Shown: positions 39,611-53,998 of the stretch, piece by piece
Numbering within the stretch: position 1 is the first letter of the stretch
Layout of the letters: each line of letters begins with the position of its first letter
Source of the DNA: Lytechinus pictus
Taxonomy: Eukaryota
Assembly (NCBI RefSeq): GCF_037042905.1
Contig: NC_087263.1
Coordinates: forward strand, 12,650,001-12,714,000
DNA length: 64,000 nucleotides
Direction of reading: 5' to 3'
Notes under the pieces: model-generated
Database searches by the model: none
The model's input: only the letters and a program-made list of their open reading frames with translations
What the model was told of the DNA's origin: nothing
Made by a program: the position numbers and the translations under genes

Positions 39611-41747
39611 TTATTATTACCATATTCCTGTGAAAGTCAAACTTTAAAAACTTAGCATGAATGATTTTAATACCAAAAACTTGGCATGTCACACCTTTCC
39701 ATTTAGGGAATTTGTAGAATTGATGTCCTAACACGTCGGCAATTATTAATGACGTACGTATTACCCAGGAAGTTACGTAGGTCCCAACGTAAAACATTTC
39801 CTTATCAACGTAAGAGAATACACGTAAACCATTTTTATGTTTTGTTCGTTTTTCAAAAATGAAAATGATTCAACAACAAAAAAATAATCCTCTTTTATGA
39901 CTCCCATGAATTCTTGAGAAATGAAATTTTTCCTTCTTTATATAAGGTGGATTATTTTTTGCTTTTAATGTGTCTAGAGCGGCTTGATTTTATGGATTTG
40001 TTTGTTGGAGAAAGATATACTGACATATTGAATTGTTAATGTTAATTTCTATGTTTGTCTTGCCTGCATGGCAGAGTGAGACGATGGCGGTGGCGTCGTT
40101 AAAAACTTTGAAATCTTAACTAGGTTTAAGTTTTTTAAATTACTTGAAATAACTTGAAAAGTTTATGGACCTTTTTCATATTTATTAACTTAGACATAAG
40201 GGTATTCAAGTATCACTTGAATACCCTATGGGTTGGCCTATCACAATGTGTTTTCCTTTTGGCCATTTCCCTCCTCATTTTCTTTAATTTGTTTGATGAG
40301 CAATTATTATTTATGCAATGTTATTCTCTGTCTAATTTGATTATTTTATTATTTTTATCTGATATCTTGAGGAAATATTAAATGAAATCTTGCAAGAGTT
40401 TCAGATCACATGACCAAGGTCAAAGGTCATTTAGGATCAATGAACTTAGTAGAACATGCAGGGGGAATCAACATCAAAATCTTAATCAAGGTTAAATTGT
40501 TTTTGATATGTTATAACTTGAAAAGTACATGTATCTGACCTTTTTTCATTAAACGAGGACACAGGGGTATTCAAGGATCACTGATCATCTCGTATTGAGA
40601 GGTTCAGGCCACATGACCAAGTTCAAAGGTCATTTAGGGTCGATGTACGGCGACTATTTTGGGGGTATCAGCATCAAAATCTTAACGAAGGCTAATTTTT
40701 TTAAATGTCATCATACATAAACTAACAAAGTTTATGGATCTATTTCATGAAACCTGGACACAAGTGTCACTGGTCATCTGGCATGATTTGCAGGTCAAAA
40801 GTCAAGGTCAAAGTTCATTTAGGGTCAGTGAACTTTGACCATTTTGTATCAACATTGAAATCTTTATCAAGGTTAAGTTTTTGAAATGCTTTCATAACAT
40901 TGAAAGTAAATAGATCTATTTCATGAAACTTGGACTTCTCATCGTGTGTTGGTTCTAGTCCTGCCCATGCTGAAGCAAGTCCAACAAAACAAGCGTTACT
41001 AGCTTTGTGTGTTAGTGTGCTTCACCTCCGTATTCAGTGCAGGTGTCAATGCAGTTGGAAAACACTCAGTCCATCAGGAAGGAAGCAAATGTCATTCCTG
41101 TGTGTAGGAGAGTCACAACCTTTGCACGTTAAAACCAATACACTATTCGTCAAAGAGTAGGGTGTTCATCCACTATATCGCAACTGCCAGCTCCTGGCAA
41201 CGGGATGGTGCTTCAGCTGTTTGTAAAGTTACTCATGACTTTACGCACAACTGGAATGTTTTCTTGGGTTCTTTGATAAAGGACAAGTCCACCCCAACAA
41301 AATGTTGATTTTAATAAAAAGAGAAAAATCCAACGAGCATAACACTGAAAATTTAATCAAAATCGAATGTAAAATAAGAAAGTAATGACATTTTAAAGTA
41401 TCGCTTAATTTCACAAAACAGTTATACATGTATGCACATCCTGGTCTGTATGCAAATGAGGAGACTGATGACGTAATCCACTCACTATTTCTTTTGTATT
41501 TTATTATATGAAATATTCTAATTTTCTATTCATTGTCAAGGGAAACGACAATTAATTTCTCCCTGAACATGTGGAATTAGCATTGTTTACTACTATATGG
41601 TTCAGTCAAGTTGGTCCTTATTGTATAAGGTTACATACTGATTATCATATCGTGCAAGAAAGGGTCACTGGCCATGCGCGAAGTTGTTCATAACTGACCA
41701 ACATCTTCATGAAATACCCTCGTGAGCCCCGTTGCATGAAAGTTTAA

Positions 41748-42329
41748 AGGGATGGTCCGGGCTGAAACAATGTATAGCTTAATAAATAGAGTAGAATTCA
41801 CTGAGCAAAATGCCGGAAATTTCATCAAAATCGGATAATAAATAACAAAGTTATTGAATTTTAAAGTTTAGCAATATTTGGTAAAAACAGTCGTCATGAA
41901 TATTCATTAGGTGGGCTGATGATGTCACATCTCCACTTGTTCTTTTGTATTGTATTATATGAAATAAGGTTTATTCAATTTTTTTCCTTTAAGAACTAGA
42001 AAAATTGGATTGACAACTGATTTAGTGCATTAGATATTTATTGCTGCAATTTATTTCATTATAAGGGAGACATATTATTCACACAAGTATGAAATAATGA
42101 AAAAAAAATGATTTTATGTCATAACATAAGAAAACGGAAAGTGGAGATGTGACATCATCAGCCCACCTAATGAATATTCATGACGACTGTTTTCACAAAA
42201 TATTGCTAAACTTTAAACCTCCATAACTTTATTATTTGTTATCCAATTTTCATGAAATTTTCAGCATTTTGCTCAGTGAATTCTACTCTATATATTAAGA
42301 TATAAATACTTTCAGCCCGGACCATCCCT
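41748..42329. mobile_element. Kolobok-like TTAA MITE, almost fully palindromic
   Basis: TTAA|AGGGATGGTCCGGGCTGAAA...TTTCAGCCCGGACCATCCCT|TTAA. Confidence 0.88.
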
Positions 42330-42399
42330 TTAACTATTATAGTAACTTTGCAATCCCAAGGTAACTTCCCTGAAATCCTTGATTCTGATAGCTGTTTAA

Positions 42400-42809
42400 A
42401 GATAAATGCCAGTTGTGGTAACGATATCAAAATGAGTTCGTACAGAATCCAATGAAATGACCACCAATGTGTCTGTTTGTATAAATAAAAAATATGTGCC
42501 AAAGGATTCCGGAAGAAATTGTGTAATTGCTGAGAAATTAGCAAATAAGCACAGGATTCGGGTCAAGCGTCGGGCCGACATTCAAAGCAATAATAATACA
42601 CTGTCCCACGTGCGCTTATCTGTGTTGGTGATCTTCAGTGTGAAAATTTTTCAGCGTGAAAATTTTTCAGCGTATATTTCAAGATATCACAAAGTTCAGT
42701 TTATGTAACTGTACCAGATCTAGATCCTCGATGATATACTGACAATTAAGCCTGGTTTTACAGACTTTCTCATGAAATCAGTGTTTACTGCAACTACTGG
42801 CATTTCTCT
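42400..42809. mobile_element. Kolobok-like TTAA MITE; family also at about 1000-1630, 3711-4122, 24683-25085 and 25085-25450
   Basis: TTAA|AGATAAATGCCAGT...ACTGGCATTTCTCT|TTAA; shared core tctagatctggtacagttacataaa. Confidence 0.85.
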
Positions 42810-43021
42810 TTAACATTGTGGAAGTTGCCATTTAATGGCAAAGTAGCTATGATAGTAACTTTCATGCAACGGGGCCCAGGCGGTGGCCAGAAGGTGGTCT
42901 GTACTCAGAGAGGAAGACAGTGAGAATTATTGAAACAGTCAGTGCTCACGTATGATTGTCAGTTTCCTTGTTTAACTTCTCTTTCTCTGTCCTTTTTTCG
43001 TTCTCTTCTCTTCCCTCCCAG

Positions 43022-43223
43022 ACACACCAACCCCCGCATCACCAACGGTCAGGTCCACCCTTGCCTCGTCGTCCTCCAAGAGATCTGGCCCGTCTTGTCC
43101 GAGACGTGCACCAAGTACCAGGCGGACATCAGGGTCATCGAGAGATACTGCAGGTGCCTTCGGTTTGCCATCCGCTGCATAGGCAAATCGGCCGCTGCGT
43201 TACTTACGCCGTTGGTCACACAG
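43022..43223 (+). CDS. TNPO3: Transportin-3 exon 15 ([14 protein letters not shown]...[28 protein letters not shown])
   Basis: long pyrimidine tract cccag| and CAG|gtaagg. Confidence 0.96.
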
Positions 43224-46200
43224 GTAAGGACAATGTAATGTAGGGTCCAAGACGAGGGCCCCGTCTTTCAAAGAGTTTGGATTGATGCGATCAACCACAT
43301 CTATGGAAAGTCAGCAACATCATCAACATCTAACGTGCATGTTTGTACAATTATTTTCGAGATACAATGTATACTCGTACGTTCATTCATCATTTTCGTG
43401 ACAATTCATAATCTATGCTACTATTTGTTTACAAAAGCACAGGATGAAAATATCCTGGAGGCAAAACTATGACGTTGATGGATTTTCCATGTAGTTGAGG
43501 TTGATTGGATCAGTCGCTACTCTTTGTAAACATAGCAGTTCACGAAAGGACTTGTTGAATGTTTTATCAAAGTATATTTTTTCCAACGGTTACCATGGGA
43601 CCTGTGTCACACATAAACAACTACCCTATTTTCGTGCATTTTCTACTTGCATTGTCTCATTAAGTTTATTTGTGGATTATTTTCTTTTTATTTGGGATCA
43701 TGTAATACAGTTTCTACTCAATATCTCATGCACAAAGCGTTTGCCCAAGCATGATAATGTGCAAAATGAGATGTTTTGGGGTTATCTTTGGTGTCAAAAG
43801 GGGAAAGGGGGAGGGTGTTGTTCATGTGTGACACAACAAATTTTGGTTCCATTGCCAATGAAAGGCACTCCGTAGCGGCACTCCATATAAGTCAGCATTC
43901 TCAACACGATTCACATGCCCATTAACTTCTTCTTTGTCAAATAATTCTCAAACTTCCATTGAGCATTTTGCTCTTTATTTTTCAGTTTTCACACCAACGA
44001 ACTTGTTTCCAATGGTTTCAGTCTTCCCCTAGCCTTTAAACAAGGCCCTGTGTCTGTTGTGATATTTATATCACGTACCTACCGACTGGAAAAAAAGACT
44101 ATTCGCAAAAAGCCGAGTGAGGGCCGGGATTTCAAGTTCAGTCACAGGGCCTTAAGGAACCTGATTTGGATTTCTTATGTTAACCATTGTTTCCGAATCT
44201 GAATCGCTACCCTAGAGATGGTGACAGCCCGCGAGGCCAAAAGGCCCGCGAGACCGAAGGCCCGCGAGACCGACTTTTTTCCCCCATCATCGGGTGCCGC
44301 GGTCGAGTGGTTTAAGGCGCCTTGTTGCAGCGGTGTAACAGGTGCCTGCTATCAGAGGGGGAGGGGGCAGAGCCAAATATTTCCCAGTAATTCCGTCTAG
44401 AATTAGTGGCATAACTAGGATTTCAGTTTAGGGGGCAGTAGTGAGCACGGGAAGGGCGTTCGGGGGGGGGGGGGGTGCAGGGAGGGGAGTGTACCCCCCC
44501 TCCCCCGCGAGAAGGGCGGAAGGTCCGACGTAACTTTTGATTGTTCCTTATCTGCTATCGCTCATCTTAATACGTCGTACGTCCTCTGCCTGTTATGGAG
44601 GGGGGGGGGGGCAGAGCAAAAAAATTCCCGGTAACTAAGTCCAGAATCAGTGGCTTTGCTAGGATTTCATTTTAGGGGGTGGTAGTGAGCACGCGAAGTG
44701 TGCGAAAAACTTAATAATGAGCGCGCGAAAGGCACTCCATATTTTAAGGGGAGTTTTCCCCCTCCTGCAAAGCACGTTGGCTCCGACGTTTTCTTCGAAT
44801 CGTTCCTTGCCTGCTCCTACTCTTACGTTCTCTGCCTGTTAACGGAGAGGGGGGGAGAGAAAAATTTTGAATAGCGGAAGCTCCGACGTTTCTTTGAATC
44901 GTTCCTTGTCTGCATCCGCTCTTTTGCTTTCTGCCTGAAATGGGAAAGGGCACAGTAAAAAATTTCCTGTTAACTAAGTGTAACATCAGTGGCGAAGCTA
45001 GGATTTAATTCAAGGGGCCGGTAGTCAGCACGCAAAGCGTGTGAAACACTTACTGAGCGTGCAAAACGCATTTCAAGGGGGGATGCATGAAGGGAGAAGC
45101 TGTGATGATCCCTTGAACTATTCCTTGTCTGCTCTCGCTCGTCTTACGTTCTCCTATACCTTTTTATTTTCTCGCTCATGTTTCCCCCTTCTTTTTTTTT
45201 CTGGGGGGTGGCGTTTTTTAAATTTTTTTTGGTACGAGGGTGTAATCAATTGATAAATATAATTGTTCATTTATTTATTTATTTATTCATTCATTCAACT
45301 ATTCATCAATATATTCCTTTTTTAATATCAATTTTTTTTTGATAACATTTCAGCTTCTGCCGGAGTATTATTACGCTGGGAATAGTTTGCAAAAATGCTT
45401 TTCATAATACTACGAAATTGAAATTGGACACCTCATCCCCTCTCTCACTTCATCGTCTAACGAAATCATACCATAGTCTCTAAAGAAATCTACACAACCG
45501 AGGTGAAACCAAAAAATGTTACAACAATTAGACTGATAAACCAAATACAGTGGTCCGCATCCGATGTGGGCTGATGCAAATTTCAAGAATTTTATTCAAA
45601 AATATCCTAACCATATTTTGCATAGAAATGCACACACTCATCCCACACATTGATAGACACAGAGCACATTCAAATAAATTGGATATTCTTTCAAGTTCTT
45701 TTCCTCTGTACTTTTCTCACAGCTCTTTTTACTTTCAATTTCTCCTATCGTTTTTCTTGACCCCCCTCTCTCTCCTCTGTTCTCTTTAATTATGTTAACA
45801 TCTTATTCCTAAATAATCTCGCTTCTTTTTTCTACGTGATTTTTGTCTGCGTCTTTTCTCTGTGCTCTAGGTGAACTCGTCGCTTTTATCAATTTATTTA
45901 CCTCCCATTTTACGGCTATTTTTATTATCATTTACCTCATCTACCATTTTTTCTTCATCTGGATTTCTCTTTGCCTCTTTCCTCTCTATCTTACACCATT
46001 AAAAAACCCTGATTTTAAAGAAAAAAAGAAGATTTTGCAGAAAGCAATAACAGAATCATTCTGTAAATTCATAAAGCAGGAATTTTTCTGCCACTTAACA
46101 GAACAGGTCTGTTTAAAAAGGGGTAAAGGGTGTTTTATTTAAGGAAATTTGTAAGGTTCCATACAAATACCAATTTCCTGTAATTTTACATGATATAATG

Positions 46201-46419
46201 TAAGATTACACAATCTGGTAAGATTACAGGTGTTCTCGAGACTCTGCTGCAGGAACTTCTTTTATTTTAAGGATAAATTTTCTAACAGTGTATGCATGTC
46301 CTTCCTCTTTCACACTTCCTCTACATTGATAATATCAATAAAAATATCAATAATCGTATGATGATAATGATAATATTGGTGAATAATAACGACAATAGAA
46401 ACAAAATATTAGGTTTATC

Positions 46420-46592
<173 letters not shown>

Positions 46593-46780
46593 TGATATCA
46601 TGATAACACACATAATAACAACGACAATAAAAACAACAATAAAAAATGGGTTTTAGGACAATTCCTCGAGAGGACTACTCCTCCGGAGGGCGACTCCCCC
46701 GGAGGACGACTCCCCCATGAAAACTCCCCCGTTGGACCATTCCCCCCGAGGACTGGCTTCCCGGAGGAAAACTGATTTAA

Positions 46781-48744
46781 CCCTAAATCTCCCGGGGTAT
46801 TTTGATTCTTGTCATTTCGGGGGGGGGGGGGGGCCATTATGGCCCCCCCCTTAAGATCTCAGCCGCGGATTGTGCGATCACAACGAAAATTTGCATGATG
46901 GTAGAGAATGACGTAATCTACGCAGTTGCATTGGTAAATTTCACTGAATTCATATATTTTTGTCTCGCCTGCATAGCAGAGCGAGACTATAGGCGCCGCT
47001 TTTCCGACGGCGACGGCGACGGTGGCCGCGGCGGCGGCGGCGTCAACATCAAATCTTAACCTAAGGTTAAGTTTTTGAAATTACATCATAACTTAGAAAG
47101 TATATGGACCTAGTTCATGAAACTTGGACATAAGCTTAATCAAGTATTACTGAATATCTTGCCTGAGTTTCAGGTCACATGACCAAGGTCAAAGGTCATT
47201 TAGGGTCAATGAACTTAGACCATGTTGGGAGAATTATTTTCAAAATCTTAACCGAAGGTTAAGTTTTTGAAATGACATCATAACTTAGAAAGTATATGGA
47301 CCTAGTTCATGAAACTTGGGCATAAGGTTAATCAAGTATTAGTGAACATCCTGCCTGAGTTTCAGGTCACGTGACCAAGGTCAAAGGTCATTTAGGGTCA
47401 ATGAACTTTGGCTAAGTTGGGGGTATTTGTTGAATTACCATCATAACTTTGAAAATTTATGGATCTAGTTCATGAAACTTAGACATTAGGTTAATCAAGT
47501 ACCACTGAATATCCTGTGCGAGTTTCAGGTCACATGACCATGGTCAATGGTCATTTAAGGTCAATGAACTTTGGCCGTGTTGAGGATATTTGTTAAATTA
47601 CCATCCTAACTCTGAAAGTTTATGGATCTAGTTCATAAAACTTGGACATAAGAGTAATCAAGTATCACTGAGCATCCTGTACGAGTTTTAGGTCACATGA
47701 CCATGGTCAAAGGTCATTAAAGGTCAATGAACTTTGGCTGTGTTAGGGGTATTTGTTGAATTACCATCCTACATGTAACTCTGAAAGTTTATGGATCTAG
47801 TTCATACAACTTGGGATATAAGAGTAATCAAGTATCACTGAACATCCCCTGTGAGTTTCAGGTCACAAAACCAAGGTCAAAGGTCAGTTAAGGTCAATAA
47901 ACTTTGGCCATGTTGGGGTAATTGTTGAATTGCCATCATAACTTTGAAAGTTTATGGATAGAGTGAATGAAATGTGGACATGGGTGTAGTTGACAAGTCT
48001 TAAGTCACCGTTCAAATGTCATTTATGGTCAATGAACGTGATATTATGTCATTATATGAATGGTGTTTTTGTGAATGATTATTTAATAGTAGTTTTCAAA
48101 GTTAGCACTGCTGCTATATTAAATCGCGTAATGCAGGCGAGACTGCCAGAGGCGTTCCACTTGTTATTTTTTATATGAATTAATTATGCTAATTGATTCA
48201 TGAAATCATACTTTTTGCTCTGATTCACTAAATAAAGCTCCTAGAATGCTATTTTGTGGTGAAAATATTCTTTATAGCATTCCTAACAATTGTGAATGAT
48301 AAAAAATTCTGGTACCAAGACCGATTTCTTATGTATTTTATTGTTGTTTTTTTTCTTATGTATTTCTTTGTTTTTTTATTGTTTTTTTCGATGGAAATCG
48401 TTCCAGACTTAATTTTGATCATAAACAAGGCAAAATTAATTAAGTTTAATCAGTAAACGTAGAAATAATGATACATTTATGAATTTGGGCTAAATACACA
48501 ATTTGCATTGGATTTGTACATGAAATCACGTTTATGAGCAATTTTGGGTCTGGCATGCACTTACATAATGTTGCGTAATGTCGTAACCGGTACCCGGGCG
48601 TCACAAATTTGGTCAAAAAATTTGCGTGAGACTTGAAAGTAAGAAGTCAGTGAGCGGCGAGGTCAAAAAATTTGCGCAGCAGATATATCGCGAAAATTGT
48701 CGAGGGGGGGGGCCATTATGGCCCCCCCCCCGGGAGAATTAGGG
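46781..48744. mobile_element. piggyBac-like MITE (opposite orientation to 57307) with a nested tandem-repeat element
   Basis: TTAA at 46777-46780 and 48745-48748, CCCTAA/TTAGGG ends. Confidence 0.85.
46959..48166 (+). mobile_element. HINE/DINE-1-like element with five 163-192 bp core repeats (relatives at about 37195-37390, 40055-40935, 52022-52566)
   Basis: TTTTTGTCTCGCCTGC...GAGCGAGAC, (GGC)n, cores containing GGTCAAAGGTCA, 3' GCAGGCGAGAC...CTTGTT. Confidence 0.7.
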
Positions 48745-50870
48745 TTAAACCGGCACTTCTATTTGAGTGACAAATTAATGTACGTTCTTTTCTTTAGAAC
48801 TTTCACCTTCTTGTTCTTCTTATTTTTCTGTTTGAAAGAGAAAAAAAATGTGATAGGATTGCCCATAATGAAGGTTCAATGTTCCAGGTGTATGTATTTC
48901 CATAATATTTCCAGTTTTCTTGTTAAAAATTAAATGCACAAGATCATGAAGCAGAATTAACATAAAAATTAACGTTAAATGAGTATAGTTAATGATTAAG
49001 TAGTGTCAGTGAAATTAGGCAACATAAGTTTATACTGTAAGTAGTGGAAACACCCCCTCCCTGCACCCTCCCCCCTTAGCTGTTTCATGCACGTTGTAAG
49101 TGTTTCGCACGATTCGCGTGCTCACCGAAATCCTAGCAACGCCACTGATTCTAAATTTAATTATCAGGAATTATTTGGGCCCCCCCCCCCCCGATAACAG
49201 GCAGAGAATGTAAGAGGAGCGGGAGCAAACAAGGAACAATTCAAAGAAAACGTCGGAGCTTCCGTGCTTTGCGTGGGAGGGGGAAAACTCCCCCTTAAGG
49301 GTGTGCCTTTCGCGCCTCAGTATTAAGTGTTTCGCCACTTTGCGTGCTCACTGCCGCCCCCTAAAATGAAATGCTTCTGGACTTAGTTACCAGGAAATAT
49401 TTTGGCTCTACCCCCCCCCCCCCTGAAAACAGGCAGAGGACGTATTAAGATGAGCTGGAGCTTCTCGCGGGGGACACTCCCACTCCCTGCACCCCCCCAG
49501 GAGCGCGCTTCCCGTGCTCGTGCTCACTCCCGCCCCTAAACTAAAATCCTAGCTATGTCACTAATTCTAGACGGAGTTAACGGGAAATATTTGGCTCTGC
49601 CCCCTCCCCCTTTGAAAACAGGCATACGCCGCTGCAACGAGGCGCCTTAAACCACTCGGCACCTGATAAATGAAAAAAAAAAAAATCAGTCTCGCGGGCA
49701 TTCGGTCAAGTCGTCGGAACCCCTAGAGATAGCGGCCAAACAGCTAGCATATTGCTCGCATCAGTGAACCCCCTATGACCCTGTGCCACAGAAGCAAACA
49801 GACCCATGATGTCATAGACACTGACGGTGCAGTTTGGTGCATCGGCCTTATCAGCATGCTCATGAATAATTCATATATTCACGTCTTCACCAGATTCCAA
49901 AAGGCCTCGCAACTAAAGTTACTCGCTCTTACGCTCACTCGGGTATCGCCAGTTCTCTTCGTCGGCCGCTGGTCTCGTCTCAGCCACCGCTTGACGAGGA
50001 ATAGAGCCAAGTCGCGAGGCCTTGTCAAAAGGCTAGTCTTCCCCCAGTTGCTTTCAGATTCTGTCACAATTAAAGCTCATGCCCAGGCTTTAACTTTATC
50101 TTTCATTATACGATCTGAAGTTCCAATGAGCCCTGCCCCTACCTTTTTCATTAATTTCTCTGATCCAGACGAATTTTATTCTGGTATTAAAAAGTTCCTC
50201 TCAGATTCTGTCACAATAAAAATCATGCCCAGACTTTAACTTTATCTTTCATAATACGATCTGAAGTTTAAATGAAGCCCCGTCCCTAACTTTTTTATTA
50301 CTTTCTCTGATCCAGAAGAATATTATTCCGGTATTAAAACAAAAATTAAAAATGTATATGCTAAATCATGATTTTGAATAGAATATATTTTAATGGACTA
50401 AATGAGACATAGAGAAAGAAAACAAAAATGGAGTATTTCAAATTGCATGTTCAAATGAAAAATCTCAATTTTCTCATCAATACGTGCTGTATCCATGGTT
50501 ACCTGCATCAAATACACCTATTTTGTCTTTTGATATTGTGTTGTGAAGATTGTATTGATGACTGTTATTGATATTCTATGAGTGTCATTTGTTTTTCTGG
50601 AAATAATATGAAATATAACATGAAAATAAGCTACTATCTTTTATAACTTAAATGTCAGTTCTATTATAAATGTCGTTTCAGATGATGGATGGGATAATTA
50701 TCAGTTTTCCTCCTTCAAATATCAGACATTATTGCCATTTTTATTAACTTTTTTTAATCTCTTGTCTTGCTTGGAATAAAACTTTTTTTTTTGGCTACAA
50801 CATACATGTATCTTTGACACCTAGACACAGGGAAGGAATCGGAGACGAATTGATCATAATGCCCACTATA

Positions 50871-51853
50871 CAGTGCGTATCAAAAAAAAGTTTACACTTT
50901 GAAAAAACCCTGGGAATTAAAAAATATACAACATGTGGGTAATTTTTTAACGTATAATCTTGGGTTTGGGTCTCATCTATCCAAAGAAAGTAAAAGTCTT
51001 CACAGAATGTTACACTTGAGTGAGCACTGTCCATTTTTGTAAAGCTCGCGGAAATCTGTTTGCGCAGAAATGCTTGTTTTCACGCTGTGTCAAGGGGAAA
51101 GGGCGAAATCAAACTTACCCTGCGAAACATTTCTCATACGTTTCCCTTGCACTTTTAGTCAATTGAAATAAAACGGATACATTCAAGCATTTTGTAACAA
51201 TTTTGCCACCCAAATTGAAATTTCAACACTTAGTAAGCACAACCTTTACCCTTTTTGTGCCAGCTGGATCTGAGGACATAACTGAATCTGAACAAAAGTT
51301 TATATCAGACATCTCCAGCATTTTTTCACTAAGTTTTTATCATTTAAAGTGGGTTTACATTTCATTTTTCATTTAATACTTGTTTCTCCACACTTTTCCC
51401 AAGCTTGACAATGATTAACAAAATGAAAATCAAGCCTAAGCCATTTCATGTAAATCACAGCTTGGTGTAAAGCAAATATCGTCACGATGGCCTCGGTGTT
51501 GGGGAGTGGGGTGGGGCGCAATGCACTCTTTGAAGTGTTTTTGGCAAGGAAACAAGTTAAAAAAGGTCAAACTTATCTTCAAATCAATTTTACTAGCTAA
51601 ATTCCATGTGTTTTTCATGATTAAGGTCTACTTTTATTCGCATAACTATTTCAAAGTTCTGTGCAAATCATTTTTCACTAACTTTTCAAAAGTAAGAGGT
51701 GCTCACTCACGCGGAAATATTCTTTGACAGTTATATCGTCATTTGCTTAAATGGATCTGTACCAATGTTAAAATTAGGAAAAATCTTCAGGATATTACAA
51801 ATATATAATTTTACAGGAGTTTTTCTAAGTGTAAACTTTTTTGATACGCACTG
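50871..51853. mobile_element. Tc1/mariner-type MITE
   Basis: TIR CAGTGCGTATCAAAAAA..GTTTACACTT, TA on both sides, palindromic empty site CACTATATAGTG. Confidence 0.88.
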
Positions 51854-52756
51854 TATAGTGTCTGTTTGCACTGAGGTGACAAACTTTGTGGGTACCCCGC
51901 AAGAAGTTTTGTGAAAAGTTTGCCTTAGTCTGGCAGAGAGAGAGAAAGGAAAGGGAGAGATATGAGGAGGGGTAAGCGCAATTGATTTTCTACAAATATT
52001 TTGTTTTTTGTCAGAACTAATTTTTGTCTCGCCTGCAGAGCAGAGCGAAATTGTCACTGCTGCTTTTGCAACGGCGACAGCAGCAGCATCGCGAACATTG
52101 ATATCTAAACGAAGGTTGAGTTTTGAACTGTCATCAGAATTTCGAAATGGTGTGGACCTATTTAATAAAACCTTGGTTAGAATGGTAAAGCCTGGCTCAC
52201 ACCTTTGCGCTTTGGGCTGCGTACCGTTGCGTAAGCCGAACGCAGTCTATCGCAGCAATAGGCAACATTGTGGTATTGATATATCTTAACCAGGGTTTTT
52301 GAAATGTTATACCTTTAACTGATCTATCCCTGAAACTAGGACATATTGGTAATTGAGTATCAACGATATCTTGCATGAGTTGCAGGTCACATGATTAAGC
52401 TCAAAGGTCATTTTAGGTTAATAAACTTTATATTTTATAATCAAATGGATGGTGTTTTTGGTGAAATTGTAATATTTTAAATCTTAATATTTTTTTCAAA
52501 ATCAGCACTGCTGCTTCATTTGATCGTGCAATGCAGACGAGACTGCCAGAAGCATTCCATTTGTTGTTTAATCATATGCGGTCGAAATGCAATCATATTT
52601 CAGGATGTGATTAAGTACTAGTAGTGCTTTAACCTGCAAGTGAATCCCGACCCGTACCGTCCCGTATAATCCGAAGATTTGCAGCCAGGACCCGCTGACC
52701 CGACGGGCTTGAACCTGGGCTTTGAATCATGTACAGTAATCTAGGTCTACCATGTG

Positions 52757-53546
52757 TAAGGACAGTGATTTTCTGCGATCGCGGAAAACGGACGGAAATC
52801 AAGGAAAGGGCATTTTGAAACGGAAAGTTGCATTTCAAACTGAAAATCACGGAAAACATATTTTTCCTCAAAATACACAGAACAGCAACAGAAATTACTC
52901 AAAATCTCAACAAAATATGAATATTAAATGGCCACAAAACCCCAGAAAACACGATCTCACTTCGCTACAATCATGACAATTCACACATCATGACTGCACT
53001 CGACTTCATCACACCCAGGCGCGCGCGGGGTTGTATTGGGCTTATCGAAAACATTCACATGCATACGTTTGATTTTAACAACACGGTCGTGTGTTGCTGC
53101 CCTCTACGTTCGAAGATGTAACAGGACGATATCGGGTTTTTGAAATCCAAAATGGCGGATAGGCGAAACTCGTTGACTGCTGAAAACCATGTCCAAAAAA
53201 ACCCAAAAATTATCAATGAAATTTCATTTAACCGTAAAATAATGCTAATAATTCGAAAGGTGAGGATGTATTTATGTTAAATGTGTTTTGTCAAAATATT
53301 TTGTGTACCCGCATAGATCCGATTAGAACGGATTCTATTGCGTTGCTGGTACAGTGGCAAATACAAATTTTGACCAGCGCGAGTGTTATGATATTGCTAT
53401 TCAATGGGTAAACAGAATTCTCTTTTTTTTATGTACACAAAGTCTATGGGGAAACGGAATTTCCGTTTTCTGACATGCTGAAACGGCATTTGAGATTTTC
53501 TGAAACGGAAAAGGCAATTTTTTGAAACGGAAAATCACTGTCCCTA
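52757..53546. mobile_element. MITE with TIR TA(A/G)GGACAGTGATTTTC and 6-bp TSD CATGTG
   Basis: TIR at both ends; TSD is perfect once the CATGTA scar at 53547-53552 is removed. Confidence 0.75.
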
Positions 53547-53998
53547 CATGTACATGTGCACTCATTCAAATGTTTTTACCTTGATGCGAGTGATATCCCC
53601 ACACTCACATCAGGGAATATTCCAACTAATCTAGGGTGAATTTACTTCAGAAATTGCAGATTTAATCCACTTTCATTCCCGAGTTTTGGGGCCTGGGGTT
53701 ACATTGTAGGTCTGCACCGACCTCGAAATCATTGCGCAATAACTCCCGGTACCAATTAAAGAATCACCGATTGCAACAGTGATCATTACTATTTACATGT
53801 TATACACTGGTACACATGTGCTGCAAAAACAAGGTCCTCAAATTGACAATAAAATTAATGAAAATCGGCCGATAACTTCAGCGGCAGATCTCCACACGCG
53901 CAGGAGGCGGTATTTCCCGAACTGTCTCAGGGCCCCGCACAATGCTCACAAGACAAAAATACGCCAGAATTTTTTAAAGGAGATATCAGCATCTTTAA

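Noticed and set aside
49775..50239. 154-aa ORF, the longest unexplained one
   Set aside because: Crosses a transposon terminus and a local duplication; no recognisable domain.
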